Assembly: GCA_002104945.1 (NCBI GenBank) | Contig: MCFH01000063.1 | Coordinates: forward strand, 62,001 to 126,000 | Direction of reading: 5' to 3' | DNA length: 64,000 nt | Origin: Piromyces finnis finn | Taxonomy: Eukaryota > Fungi > Neocallimastigomycota | Shown: positions 37,701 to 49,382 of the stretch, one piece after another | Position numbering within the stretch: position 1 is the first letter of the stretch | How the letters are laid out: each line of letters opens with the position of its first letter | The notes under the pieces: generated by a model | Told to the model about the DNA's origin: nothing | The model's database searches: none | What the model saw: only the letters and a program-made list of their open reading frames with translations | Position numbers and translations under genes: made by a program

Positions 37701-38548
37701 TTTTCGGACAAAAAAGTATGAATTAAATAATTATAATTATATCTATCATAATTATTTTTATTTAATATAACTTTTCTAAAAAATTTGGAACGTTTAGGGT
37801 TAAATTTGTGGAATCGACCATTTTTCTTCTTACTAAAGGTTTTAGATCTGAAATAAAAATTATGAATTTTATTTTTTAAATTATAAAAATTGGTGGAATA
37901 ACTTTTATTTTTATTTTTTGTGTTATTTACACCTGTAGAAGTGGTAGGTGTAACATTTATGTCATTTCTATTATAAGAAATGAATTGTTCTAATTTTAAA
38001 AATTTAGTAGCATGCTTCATATTGAATTTCTTTCTGTTAAAATCATATTTTAAATTTGAATATAAATAATTTTTATTATAATTATAATGAATTTCATATT
38101 TGGACATGAATATATTTCCAAATAATAAATCTGTCGGAATATAATCCGCTAGTAAAAATTTTTCTTTGAAATTGATGAAATGGAATTTATTGTTGATAAA
38201 TAGTTTTAACTGAAAATTTAGGTTGATATATTCATCAAGTTCAATTGAAGTACCACTGATACCTTGTACAGTGATAACATTATTAATTTTATGAGGATGT
38301 AATTGTAATGTACGTAATAGTTTGTACGACATAAAATTACAATAAGATCCACTATCTAATAGTGATGTACATGCAATTTTATTATGTACATTATTTGTAC
38401 CTCCATTATTGGATAATACATATGTATTAAAAGTAAAAAATGTTGAAGGTAATGTATTATCTTTGTTGATAGTGGGAAAAGTGTAGTTTAATATTTTTGT
38501 ATTCGAGTGGTGATGGGACTTCAATGGAAGTCCTTTATTTAGTTTTTT
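34727..38548 (-). CDS. pol: Element B Pol (protease, RT, RNase H, integrase, chromodomain), reached by a -1 frameshift from gag
   Basis: LLDSGS protease, YLDD RT, ECDAS RNase H, HHCC zinc finger, DFL..D..E integrase, GPY and a C-terminal chromo-like segment. The track start at 38524 is a TTG codon, and the frame is open back to the slippery site. Confidence 0.92.
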   Translation of the reverse strand, partial: KKLNKGLPLKSHHHSNTKILNYTFPTINKDNTLPSTFFTFNTYVLSNNGGTNNVHNKIACTSLLDSGSYCNFMSYKLLRTLQLHPHKINNVITVQGISGTSIELDEYINLNFQLKLFINNKFHFINFKEKFLLADYIPTDLLFGNIFMSKYEIHYNYNKNYLYSNLKYDFNRKKFNMKHATKFLKLEQFISYNRNDINVTPTTSTGVNNTKNKNKSYSTNFYNLKNKIHNFYFRSKTFSKKKNGRFHKFNPKRSKFFRKVILNKNNYDRYNYNYLIHTFLSEKPEEVSNLEEHTIEDIPKPYRDLAKVFSKQEADKLPPHRITDCKIVLEKDATLHYGPIYPLSEEESKVLEEYIKENLEKGFIRPSESPAGYPVVFQKKKDGTLRVCIDYKKLNSVTIRNSYPIPLITDIIERVKGAKYFTKLDLRSAYNLVRIRNGDEYKTAFRTKFGHYEYLVMPFGLRNAPATFQAFINSVLRPFLEKSVIFYLDDIFIFSKTLEEHHQHVREVLSKLLENNLYAKLPKCEFDKPQVEFLGYVISGSGIATDPKKIESIKNWPIPTTVKDVQRFLGLCNYYRRFVMNFADLAKPLHNLTKKNAKFKWSTECESSFNILKTRLTSAPILSHPDPQKQYILECDASNVAIGSILSQYDSENRLHPVAYYSRSLSSSEVNYSITDKELLAIKDSFSTWRHLLLGAKYKIKVYTDHRNLLYTLGGKVGNQRQHRWHLFFQEYDFELIYRQGRKNGKLDNLSRRPDYMDRTYEEKPEYILDSKNVKLIPSFIGIMSNFLEQVIQYLKDDETAKDIMLYFSPHNDQKAYRPFRKMNKFELKNNLILYNNLVYIPEKLRLDVLMKYHEQPSAGHLGIKRTLELITRNFWWPKIKDDVTKFVNSCETCTRNKVTRHRKYGKLQPLDTPERPWKSIEIDFLCGLPESKGYTVIMVVVDRFSKMIHLVPFKQVPNAAQTAKAFLNNVYRLHGLPYDLYTDRGSQFTSDVWLEFLDLLYIHPRIATTDHHETVGQVERSNSFIEQYLRCYSKSFYHDDWVDWLPLAEFAYNNAVNESTKETPFFINYGFHPPMDEMTLLPQCNINHKLVQNVNDAFNHIKEVLLRSKELYKRRVDKSRLEAPKFKIDDLVWIQAPPSLNIENSSKLAPCKYGPYKITQVLRNNNYEIDIKKSPFPKHYPIFHVSELEPYRSTPKEFLNRTADPESIKDIVEISGFRTNYKQQRYEYKIRYKYRSAYNWVPASEVEDNPRNQYIYQKYLKSGRHYASIAYN

Positions 38549-39561
38549 GAACTAATTTTTTGAGCTTTATAATTGTTGTTATTGTAATTATTATTATATT
38601 TTTGGAAGTTATTGTTGTTATTGTTGTTGTTGTTGTATGATCTGTGGTGGTTGAAATGTGAATTTCTTTTCTTGTTAGATTTAGAGTTGGAAGACTGGTT
38701 AATCTTATTCTTTGTAGAAAGAGAACTTTCGATCAAAATACATCTAGTTATAATGGACTCCATGGTGGTTGGAAATACCTCCATCTTTTCAATTTCTTCC
38801 TGATATTTGGGATGTAAACCATTATAAAAGATTAAAGATAATGCTTCTTCATTCCATTTAAATTGTTGTGAAAGAGAGCGGAATTCCTCGATATAATCAT
38901 TTATTTTACCATATTGTTGTTTTAAACGCATTATTTTGATTTTAGCTATCTTGTAACTAGCAACATTTGAGAAAGCAATTCTTAGTCCATCCAACAATTC
39001 TTGCATGGTAGATGGATAAATATTATCCTTGTACTTGGCAAGATACCAATTTCTAGCAGCATCACGAAGACGGGATTGTACAAAATTAATTTTTGTTTCT
39101 TCTGGTAAAGTTCGATTTGGTAGAGTTTTGAAAGTATCTTCACATAATTGACAAAACAAATCGGTATCACTAGTCTTACCGGAGAACATACCTGGATCTG
39201 GCACTTGAGTGATTGGAGTAGCAAAACGGCCTCTCATGATAACATCATGATCCAAATCAAATCTTGTTGAAGTAGATTCATCATCTCTAAAGACAGTAGG
39301 TCTTGGAGTAGCTATCCTATCATAATTGGTATGTAACAATGGTTGTTCATCTTCATTCTGAGCAGTTTGATTATTATTCATATTGGTTAATACACTCATG
39401 ATTTCATTTAAACGATTATTCACATCATTGGAAAAATTTTGAAAATCTTCACGGAAAACCAAATTTTCATTGATACCCTCAATGATATCCTTGGCAGTCT
39501 GAGTAGCATCCTCTCTTAGTTGGTTTACCTCGTCTGGGAAATTAGGAACCGGAGTGAACAT
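38539..39561 (-). CDS. gag: Element B Gag
   Basis: Ty3-type capsid motifs: PDPGMFSG, KINFVQSRLRDAARNWY, INDYIEEFRSL and FYNGLHP. Confidence 0.88.
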   Translation of the reverse strand: MFTPVPNFPDEVNQLREDATQTAKDIIEGINENLVFREDFQNFSNDVNNRLNEIMSVLTNMNNNQTAQNEDEQPLLHTNYDRIATPRPTVFRDDESTSTRFDLDHDVIMRGRFATPITQVPDPGMFSGKTSDTDLFCQLCEDTFKTLPNRTLPEETKINFVQSRLRDAARNWYLAKYKDNIYPSTMQELLDGLRIAFSNVASYKIAKIKIMRLKQQYGKINDYIEEFRSLSQQFKWNEEALSLIFYNGLHPKYQEEIEKMEVFPTTMESIITRCILIESSLSTKNKINQSSNSKSNKKRNSHFNHHRSYNNNNNNNNNFQKYNNNYNNNNYKAQKISSKN

Positions 39562-41250
39562 TCTAAAGTAGCCACTAAACAGCGGGTAAAGATTATTGTT
39601 AAGTTTTTGGGTTTGGTTATGCGGCCAGGTCAGAATGTTATTAATTATATAGTAAAAATGTTTTTTAAGAAATTAAATTTAATTATAAAATAACACCTTA
39701 AACTCCCAAATGAAAAATGAAAAATTTATATTTACTTTAAAATAACTTTTTATAAATTTTTTATTTATTTAATAATAATAATATAAATGATATTATAAGT
39801 AACTATATAATTAAGATTATAACTATAATCTTTACAAAGAATTAAAATCGAATTCAATTCATTTTCTTTTATATTCTTTGTTCAGATTATTAAATTGATA
39901 TTAATAAGAATAAAGTATTACATGTAATATATTAGTAATATAATTAAATAAGTAATAAGATTGTTTGTTTGTTTGTTTGTTTGTCATGACATAAAATAAA
40001 ATAAACATATGATTAATCATTTAAACAGTTGATCCTAATTAGTAATTATAAAAACTATTCAATTAATAATTCATCATTATTAATTGATATTACCATAACA
40101 TATTTGTTATAATTAAATAATTATTATTTTCAAAATTATTTCTAATAAAACTTGCCGTTAACCTATTTTATAATAATTAAGATTATTTAATTTATAGGTG
40201 TTAACTGTTACACCTAAATGGGTCTAGTTCTATTTTTAGTAACAATCGTTATCATTAATTAAATTAATATAACTAAAATTCCTATTGATATATTTTTAAT
40301 TTCTGTAAAAGTATAAAATTTAAAACAGATTTTATACTTAAAACAAAACAATTTTTATTAACACAAAAATAAAAAAATAAAACATTAAATTTTTATTTTA
40401 AAAAAAAAAAAACATTTTTATTTAAACTCTTAAAAATATTATTAACTATATAATAGTTAATAATTAAAAAATTGAAAATAACAATTACATCGATTTAACA
40501 AATAAAAATTACATGTATTTATATTTTTTCATAATTATATTCTAATATATTATTCTATTTAAATAAACATATATTTAATATAAAATAAACAAAACTAATT
40601 TAATTAAATAATAAAATAACAGAACTAAACTAAACTAATTCATTATACTTTTAATTCAATTTGAGTAAACTCAAAATTGAATAAAGCCCATGTATTTTCT
40701 ATAAATTAATTTAATATTATCAATACTATTCTTAATATATTTCCTATTGAAATATAAATAAATCTATTTTTAAAACTAAGTTAAAATTATTAAACTATTC
40801 TAAATTTAAATAAAAAAGTATAATCTATTCTAAAATTAAATAAAAAGTATTTAAAAAATATTTTAATTATTTTAAATATTTGAAATATTTAAATTTAATT
40901 AAAATTCTTTTATTCCTTAAACTTAAATATTTATCTTAATTTAAATTTAATGGAATTATTATAAAATAATTTATTATTAAATTATTCCATAAAATTTACT
41001 CAAAAATTTTATAATCAGTTTTACTAAATATTAATTTATTATTTAATAATTAATAATTAATTATTAAATAATCTAAAGATATATCTTATATCTTTACAAT
41101 CTCGCCCTTTAAGTCGAGCTCCTGCGAGATTATTTTCTTGAAGAAATTTAAATAACAAATGGTTACTACTTTTTCTAAATCATAACATTGTTAAAAAAAT
41201 ATATAAGTATTTAATTTATTTATACTCTTATTATCATTCTTGTTACTTAT

Positions 41251-44200
41251 TGTAAAGAAATGTGTCTTTAACAATAAAACAAATTATAATATTTACTAAA
41301 TAACTTAGTAATATTAACACTTTAAAATATTCTGTAAATTATTAATTTATAAAAATATCATTAAAAACACATAGAATTTAACTTAATAAGTTAGTGTTTA
41401 ATAATATAATTATTTATTAATAAAATCTCGATTCTTTAAAATATTTGGGAAAATTCACTCGTATTTATACTAAAAATTTTTTAAATTAATTTATAAAATT
41501 TTTTCAACTTAAAATTCTTAACCAATCAATAATCTTCATATAAAATAAAATTTAAAAATAAAATAAAATAAAATAAAATAAAATTATAATTTTTTTAAAA
41601 TAGTATCTATGAGGTCTCGAACTAGTGTCATTCAGACTCAAAGTCTTAGCTACTAACCACTAAGACAATTTAGTTATTTCTAGTATTCATTACATGGTCC
41701 TCCTCCAGGATTCGGATACCAGACGAATCTAGAATTTTAATATTTAAATATATGTTTTTCTTTTTTAATAAACTAAACTAAGGAGTGAATTTTCTTAATT
41801 ATAAAAATACATTTAATATAATAAAATACATTTTTTTTTTTTTTTTTTAATATTACTAAAGTTAAAAATAAAATATTGATAAATTTGATATTAATAAATT
41901 GTTTAATAATAAAATTGATATTGATAATGATATTAATAAGTTTTGATAATAATAATAATTGTGATTTTAATATTAATAATAAATATAATTTGAATTTTTT
42001 AACTATTTTTTATTTCTTTTTATTAAATTTTTTAAGTAGCCCCTTGCAATTTAGATTTTCTTCAGGCTCCCACGAAGCTTCATTGATTGAATACCCTTTC
42101 CATTTAATCAGGTATTGTATTTTTCCGTAATGTCTTCTTTTATCCAGAATTTCTTCAACTTCGTATTCTTCTTCATTGTCAACGGTAATAGGTGGCGGTG
42201 GTGGTTGAGATCTTCCAAATTTATCTTCGACATATTTCTCGAGATTGGATACATGAATAACTGGATGAATCTTAATAGATTTTGGGAGACTTAATTTAAA
42301 TGTAACATTTGATATTTTTTCCAAGATTTTGTATGGGCCGAGTTTTCTTGGCTTAAATTTTTTATTTCCTTTGTGGATAATTAAAGAACTATCCAGCCAA
42401 ACTTTGTCACCAACTTTAAAATTCGGAGCTTCTTTTCTAAGTTTGTCAGCATGCTTCTTCTGGGTTTCCATGGCAGATTTTAAATTTTCTTTTAAGGTAT
42501 TAATTAAAGTTTTAAAATCTCTTGTAAACTCTTCTGCTCTTGGGACTTTAGATAAGTCTGGAATAACTGGTGAATATTTTGGATGAAAGCCGTAATTCAA
42601 AAAGAATGGAGAAAATTTGGATGATTCTTGGACCACGTTGTTATAACTAAATTCTGCAAGACTAAGAAAACTTTTCCAATTTGAACCTTTATAATTTGAG
42701 AAACATCTTAAATATTGTTCTATAACGGAGTTCACCCTCTCCGTCTGACCATTTGATTGATGATGAAAAGGAGTATACAACTTAAGTTCAATGCCAAGGG
42801 AGAAACAGATGGATTGGAAGAATTTAGAGGTAAATTGAGAACCTCTATCCGAGACAATAGATTCAGGTAGGCCATGAAGACGGAAAATATTATCAATAAA
42901 GGCCGTAGCTGTTTCGGCGGCGGAAGGAATACTTTTGAACGGAATGAGATGAATCATTTTTGTAAGACGATCAACAACAACAAGAATGCAAGTGAAGCCA
43001 GAAGGCAAATCAGTAATGAAATCCATTGAAATGGATGACCAAGGACGTTCAGCAATATCAAGAGAATTCAGAAGACCATAAGGTTTATGACGAAAGGTTT
43101 TTGAACGACAACAAACTTCACAAGAACGAACGTAGTCTTTAACATCAGAAGAAATAGAAGGCCACCAGAAGTCTCTAGCAATAAGAGAAGATGTTTTCTT
43201 TATTCCGAAATGACCAGCTGAAGGAGAGTCGTGACAGAGTTTAAGAATTGAAAGACGACAATTTGGAGGAACATAGATTCTGTCAGTAAAAAGGAGAAAA
43301 CTATTGCTTAAGGAAAATTTGTCAATTTGAGGGTGAGGTATTGGAGGTTTCCTACAATCAAGATATTCACAGATTTTATTGTAAAAGTCATCAATTATAT
43401 ATTCGGAAAGAAAAGAATCACTAATGGACGAAACAGAAGTCACAATGGCACAAAAGTTTTCAGGGCGAAGAACATTAAAAGGAACATCAGAAGAGGAATT
43501 CGAATTGATAGCATAATCAGGACGACGAGATAGGGCATCAGGCTTACCGTTAGAAGAACCAGAACGATAAATAATAACAAAGTTAAATTCAGAGAGAAAC
43601 AAAGCCCAGCGAACAAGACGTTGAGACATTTTTTCAGGTTTCTTTTGATAGAGTAAATTTCGATGATCCGAGTAAATCTTAAAAGTAGAAGAAGAGCCTT
43701 TAAGTAGATGACGCCATGTTTCAAGAGCAGCAACGATAGCTAAGAGCTCTTTATCATATATTGGATAATTACGTTCAGGACCAGTAAGAGAGCGAGAAAA
43801 GAAAGCAACTGGATGGGTCATATTATCAATTGGAGAGACTTGCGAGAGAATAGCACCAATGGCAAAGTTACTTGAATCAGTTTCGACTATGAATGGAAGT
43901 TCACGATTAGGAAATATAAGAACAGGAGCAGAAACAAATAAGGACTTGAGTGAATCGAAAGCATCTTGAGCTTCTTTAGACCATACAAATTTAACATTTT
44001 TCTTCAAAAGTTTATGCAAAGGATGAGCGATCTTTGCAAAATTTGGAATAAATCGACGGTAGTAGTTCGCAAGACCAAGAAAAGATTGAACCTCTTTAAC
44101 ATTAGATGGAGTAGGCCAGTTTAAAATAGAAGAAACTTTATTTGGGTCCATGTGAATACCATCAGTAGAAATCCTATGACCAAGGAAATCAATAAAAGAA

Positions 44201-47200
44201 ACAAAAAACTCGCATTTTTCCAATTTAGCATAGAGCCCAGCATCCCTCAGGAGTTTCAAAACAGTTTTGACATGAGAAATATGAGATTTATAATCCGAGG
44301 AAAAAATAATAATATCATCTATGTAAGAGAAAGCGAATTTACCAAGAACGTCTTCAAGAACATCATTAATGAAATGTTGAAAAACAGCAGGTGCATTTTT
44401 CAACCCAAAAGGCATCACACAGTATTCAAAATGACCTAACTTGCAAGTAAAAGCGGTTTTATATTCATCACCACTTTTAATCCTGACCAAGTTATAGGCA
44501 GAACGAAGATCCAATTTTGAGAAAATCTTCCCTTTTCCAAGATGTTCAAGCATATCTTGTATAAGAGGAAGGGGATAAGAATCACGAATAGTTATGGAGT
44601 TTAATTGGCGATAGTCAACACACATACGAAGTTGACCGTTTTTCTTAGGTACAAACAGAATAGGAGCTCCCGCAGGCGATTTTGATTTTCTAATAAATCC
44701 TTTCTTGAGATTTTCTTTTATATATTCTTCTAAAGCAATTGATTCGGTTTCTGTTAGAGGATAAATCGGTCCATAAAACAGTTTTGAATTTTCTTTGAGT
44801 TTTATTTCACAATCGTATGGACGGTGTGGAGGAAGTTTTTCAGCATTAGATTCATTGAAGACATCAGCAAAGTCAGAGAGAACATCCGGAAGTATAATAG
44901 AAGAATTGGGTTCTGATTTAGAGTTTGAATCGGATTTGAGAATAGAATTGGAATGAATATTAGAATCAGAAAAAGAAGTCAAAACAGAAGTTGGTTCTTG
45001 ATTTGAGAGAGACGAAGTAGAAAAGTTAACAGAAGACTTCTTAGAAACAGAATTGTTAATATTTTTTGAAGAACCCGAACAGAGAATAGTACAAGTACGA
45101 TTAGTTTCGTTTTGAGATTGGATGTTTTGTTTATCGACAAATATAGGGTAAGCGAATGAATCATGCGGAGGTTCGTAGGAAGGATCTTCCATTGCAGGAA
45201 AAGCAGATCTTTCTTCAGGAAATTCAGGGACATTATTGGAGAGTGTTATACAACGATTATAACAGTAATCGGATACAAATGAAATTTTGTTCTTTGTGAA
45301 ATCGATAGAAGGATTGTGTTCTTTAAGCCAGTCTATTCCAAGAATACAAGGATAATAAGGTAGATCAGTTACATAGAATTGTGTTCGACAGAGATGATCT
45401 TTGTAGCGAAGATTCAAAGGAGATGTAATTCCAAAAAGAGATTGTCGACCACCGATACCAACGATATTTGGGAGGTTACCATCATCATGATAAGGAATGT
45501 TATTATCGTTACAGTAATCTACATCAATTAAATTAAGTTTGGATCCTGAGTCAATAAGAATATCCGTATTTAGTTCATAAGAAAGTTTAAATTTAGTTGT
45601 CATTTTATTATGAGTTTTGTTTTCTTCTTTAGGAGCGGATATAAGTGTGGGAATAGATATTAGTGAAGGATTTTCACGATCTTTATTCTTTCTTTTTGGA
45701 CAATTATTAAGCTTATGACTTGAAGCACCACAATACACACAAAGATTTTCTTTCTTTCTTCTTTCCTTTTCTTCGTTTGAGATAGGGCCATGGTTATTCC
45801 TGTTTGTAATGGACTTTGTTATTTTTGAAGAGTGATGAAAAGATCTTTTCTTTCGGTTTTGGTCATTGTTTGAACCAGAAGGGAAAAAGGTATGGTGTGT
45901 AGATAATCTTGAATCGATTCTTGAAGCAATAGTCTGTAATGAAAGAAGATCCCTAGGACCCGGAAACATTTCCAAAATACGAACTGCAACTTGTTGATTA
46001 AGGCCAGCTATAAATGCATCCATTTTGGCTTGTTCATTCCAGTTTGATTCATCAGCATAGCGGTTAAATTCCAAGATATAGCCTCTAATTCCTCCTAATC
46101 GGCGTTGTTTTAAGGTTCTAAGCATTTGATTTGCAACATAGGTAGCATCGTTATAACCATAAAAAGCCTTAAATCTGTCAACAAAAGCTTGGTAGTTATT
46201 AAGACACGGATCATGGTTGTTTATAAGAGTAGCAGCCCAATTCATAGCGTCCCCATAAAGTCTTGATATTATGTAGAGAATTTTGGTTGCGTCGTCTTGA
46301 TACCGTTCAGGATATAGCATAAACACTAGCTCCACCTTAGCTAAGAAACCCTTCAAATACCTGCGATCCCCTGCAAAACCATCCTTAAGAGTTGCGTTTT
46401 CGAAAATATTATTATTATCCATGTGGTTGTTTTCGTTCTCTTCCATAGTACTTATGATGTTTTCTTTAATAAGCTTTAATAAATTTGTAAAAATAATAGA
46501 ATAAAGTATTTAATTATATTTATTAATTGAGTAAATCATTTTATTAAATAATAATACAAACCAGATTATATAGTGTTAAACCATCAAATATATAACCTGT
46601 TTTATTCTTTATAATAAGTCCTTCGTAGCTCTTCACGATAACACGTATAAAGTCGATTGTTAATATTAATTAAATTAATAAAAGAAAGGAACGGTGTAAA
46701 AATTTTTTTTAGTGTCTAACTTATTGTTAGCAATAAAAATTATTACAGGTTTTCTTTCCCTATATCAACCTTATCCGAACGTAGAAGTATTATGTATAAG
46801 AGTTTAACTTCTCACGCTAAAGGAGTTATAAAGAATATTATTTTATATTATTACAATTTTAATAAATTGTCTTAACAATTAATAATTATAATTAAAAATT
46901 AGAAATTGTTTTATTAGAAAACTTAATTTTAAAATGTATTAATTAAGAAATATTATTTTATTAAAGTAAGGCATTTCCGGCTATTTTCCGGTCTATAATC
47001 AAACAGCAAAAGATAGTATACAACTATAAATCTCACGCCAGCTTGCTTATTACAGCGTCTTGTACGTGGTGTACCTCGGATTCTCCTACTTCCTTATTCA
47101 AAGTAGAATAGCTCAGAGCCTGCCAACCCAATTATTGTACAGGTTAAACTCGATCCCGTTAATCTTTTACTTTTTATAGTTTGAATTATATACCGCTTCT

Positions 47201-47776
47201 AAAGCGTACTAATTCTACTACTTTAAGTAAAAATATTTCTTTAAAGAAAAGCTTCAACAATAAAACTTAAAAGTTTTATCTATAACAATTTCTTAAACAC
47301 TAAGGTATTAAGCTTTTATATTATAAGGAGATTTTATTGTAAAGAAATGTGTCTTTAACAATAAAACAAATTATAATATTTACTAAATAACTTAGTAATA
47401 TTAACACTTTAAAATATTCTGTAAATTATTAATTTATAAAAATATCATTAAAAACACATAGAATTTAACTTAATAAGTTAGTGTTTAATAATATAATTAT
47501 TTATTAATAAAATCTCGATTCTTTAAAATATTTGGGAAAATTCACTCGTATTTATACTAAAAATTTTTTAAATTAATTTATAAAATTTTTTCAACTTAAA
47601 ATTCTTAACCAATCAATAATCTTCATATAAAATAAAATTTAAAAATAAAATAAAATAAAATAAAATTATAATTTTTTTAAAATAGTATCTATGAGGTCTC
47701 GAACTAGTGTCATTCAGACTCAAAGTCTTAGCTACTAACCACTAAGACAATTTAGTTATTTCTAGTATTCATTACA
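41251..47776 (-). mobile_element. Element C: complete, very young chromovirus (Ty3/gypsy) with a 5-bp TSD CTTAT
   Basis: LTRs 41251-41694 and 47338-47776 appear identical except for one AAATA unit. TG...CA termini. CTTAT at 41246-41250 and 47777-47781. PPT GGAGGAGGACCA (minus strand). One intact gag-pol ORF. Confidence 0.96.
42010..46446 (-). CDS. gag-pol: Element C single-ORF Gag-Pol with a canonical chromodomain
   Basis: [14 protein letters not shown] knuckle, LIDSGS protease, YIDD RT, ETDSS RNase H, HHCC/DDE integrase, GPY and the chromodomain [39 protein letters not shown]. Confidence 0.96.
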   Translation of the reverse strand: MEENENNHMDNNNIFENATLKDGFAGDRRYLKGFLAKVELVFMLYPERYQDDATKILYIISRLYGDAMNWAATLINNHDPCLNNYQAFVDRFKAFYGYNDATYVANQMLRTLKQRRLGGIRGYILEFNRYADESNWNEQAKMDAFIAGLNQQVAVRILEMFPGPRDLLSLQTIASRIDSRLSTHHTFFPSGSNNDQNRKKRSFHHSSKITKSITNRNNHGPISNEEKERRKKENLCVYCGASSHKLNNCPKRKNKDRENPSLISIPTLISAPKEENKTHNKMTTKFKLSYELNTDILIDSGSKLNLIDVDYCNDNNIPYHDDGNLPNIVGIGGRQSLFGITSPLNLRYKDHLCRTQFYVTDLPYYPCILGIDWLKEHNPSIDFTKNKISFVSDYCYNRCITLSNNVPEFPEERSAFPAMEDPSYEPPHDSFAYPIFVDKQNIQSQNETNRTCTILCSGSSKNINNSVSKKSSVNFSTSSLSNQEPTSVLTSFSDSNIHSNSILKSDSNSKSEPNSSIILPDVLSDFADVFNESNAEKLPPHRPYDCEIKLKENSKLFYGPIYPLTETESIALEEYIKENLKKGFIRKSKSPAGAPILFVPKKNGQLRMCVDYRQLNSITIRDSYPLPLIQDMLEHLGKGKIFSKLDLRSAYNLVRIKSGDEYKTAFTCKLGHFEYCVMPFGLKNAPAVFQHFINDVLEDVLGKFAFSYIDDIIIFSSDYKSHISHVKTVLKLLRDAGLYAKLEKCEFFVSFIDFLGHRISTDGIHMDPNKVSSILNWPTPSNVKEVQSFLGLANYYRRFIPNFAKIAHPLHKLLKKNVKFVWSKEAQDAFDSLKSLFVSAPVLIFPNRELPFIVETDSSNFAIGAILSQVSPIDNMTHPVAFFSRSLTGPERNYPIYDKELLAIVAALETWRHLLKGSSSTFKIYSDHRNLLYQKKPEKMSQRLVRWALFLSEFNFVIIYRSGSSNGKPDALSRRPDYAINSNSSSDVPFNVLRPENFCAIVTSVSSISDSFLSEYIIDDFYNKICEYLDCRKPPIPHPQIDKFSLSNSFLLFTDRIYVPPNCRLSILKLCHDSPSAGHFGIKKTSSLIARDFWWPSISSDVKDYVRSCEVCCRSKTFRHKPYGLLNSLDIAERPWSSISMDFITDLPSGFTCILVVVDRLTKMIHLIPFKSIPSAAETATAFIDNIFRLHGLPESIVSDRGSQFTSKFFQSICFSLGIELKLYTPFHHQSNGQTERVNSVIEQYLRCFSNYKGSNWKSFLSLAEFSYNNVVQESSKFSPFFLNYGFHPKYSPVIPDLSKVPRAEEFTRDFKTLINTLKENLKSAMETQKKHADKLRKEAPNFKVGDKVWLDSSLIIHKGNKKFKPRKLGPYKILEKISNVTFKLSLPKSIKIHPVIHVSNLEKYVEDKFGRSQPPPPPITVDNEEEYEVEEILDKRRHYGKIQYLIKWKGYSINEASWEPEENLNCKGLLKKFNKKK

Positions 47777-49382
47777 CTTATACATAATTCTAATAATTTA
47801 TCTAAAACTTAATCATCAAGAATCCATTTGTTTTTATATTCAGATTATGGTTATTTATAAATTGTTTTCTATTAACATTTTTATTTAAGTATTCAAAACA
47901 AAACATTTACTTTAAGTTTCAAATTTTTATTTATTCAATTCTTCTTGATCATCATGACTTTTATAATCTTCTTATGCATGATCAAAATTCTATTTTACAA
48001 TTTTAATACTTTTTATTAATACTTATAATAATCTGTTCAACTTTCTTTGGTTTATTAGCTGAAGAAATTTCAATATTAAATTTTAAATTAAATCCATAGT
48101 TTGTATAAAATTGAAATTGATTGATTGATTACAATAAAATATTATAAGTAGATTCCAATATAACAATCAATTCGATTTTATTAACCAACGGAGATATTGG
48201 AACAATATCTCGTTCACCCTCTCATTTAAATGAAAAGTCTGTGATAAAATTTATATAAAATATATCAAACAGACAATTCTAAAATTATAAAGAAAATAGC
48301 ATTTAAAGAGTATTAAATGTTTTTTATTATTGTACAAACTTTAAACCAAGTGGAACTTATTTTTTTTTAAAGGTTATTATTAAGCAAATAAATATAACAA
48401 AATTCTTAGTAATAAAATATTTGTAAAAAAAATTAACATTCATTAATAATAATGGAAAAACATCATTCAATAATTATATTAACTATACCACTATTTTTTT
48501 TTAATCTTATTATTAAATAAACAAAAGTGATATCAAGTCATCAAGTAAATACTATAATTTAATTAACAAATTTATCATTTTTAGACATTTTTAAAATACT
48601 TTTAGCATATTTATAATTCTCTTTTATTTTATAATTTATCAATATATGGTATTATAAAATTATTTCTTTTTTTAAAAATTTAACAATGAATTCATAAATT
48701 TAAATATCATCAATAAAACATCACAGAATTGATATAAACATATACATAATGTTGTACTAAATATTATTAATTATAAAGTAATTAAAATACTTCATCAAAA
48801 GCATCACTTAAAATATTAAAATAGAGCTGATACATTTTTGAATAAAAGGTATGATAATAAATTAAAAATGCCATATAAAGATTAAAGCAATTTTAAATTC
48901 ATCACCTTATTTAATTATTACTAAGCTATTGATATATTTAAATTTAGTTTAAAAACATATTTTACTCCATTTATCTTATTTATTGATTAAAGGAATATAT
49001 GAATTTCAATAATTATATCATTTAATTTCCTACAATCAATATATAGTAATTTTAGTTATCAATCTCATTATACTTCCATTAAAAAGAATTGTATAAAGAT
49101 TAAAATCTTTTTTTTTTTTTTCCTTTATAAAGTTCGTTTTATTAAGTACATAAAAACTATTCATTTATTAAAAACTCTTATAATTATTATACATATTACA
49201 TTAATTTATATTTGTTTTATTCATTATATTTATTACATTTATCATATTTATTAACTTATTCTATTTATTAACTTATTCTATTTATTAATTTATTCTATTT
49301 ATTACATTTTATTATATTTTTTTTTTCATTTGTTGTATTTATTAATTCTATTTTTTTTTAATTATTATTAATACTAACTATT

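Larger units (their letters stand above)
33193..40303 (-). mobile_element. Element B: chromovirus-type Ty3/gypsy retrotransposon with a complete 3' LTR (33193-34324) and a 5' LTR truncated at 40303 (39597-40303)
   Basis: The two LTR copies are nearly identical (I found two substitutions over ~700 bp). PPT AGGGAGGGCGT (minus strand) abuts TGTGAAG at 34324. gag and pol ORFs are intact. Confidence 0.9.
40304..49382 (-). mobile_element. Element F: decayed relative of element D. 3' LTR 40304-41098; internal remnants 41099-41250 and 47777-49382, split by element C
   Basis: TGTAAA...TTTACA LTR followed by ATCTCGCCCTTTAAGTCGAGCTCCTGCGAGATT, homologous to the PPT region of D. The LTR has the same ATAACAATTAC motif as D. 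Degenerate integrase (ERVNEILFQYLR near 48200) and RT (GDEFKIA near 48900) fragments with stops. Confidence 0.65.
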
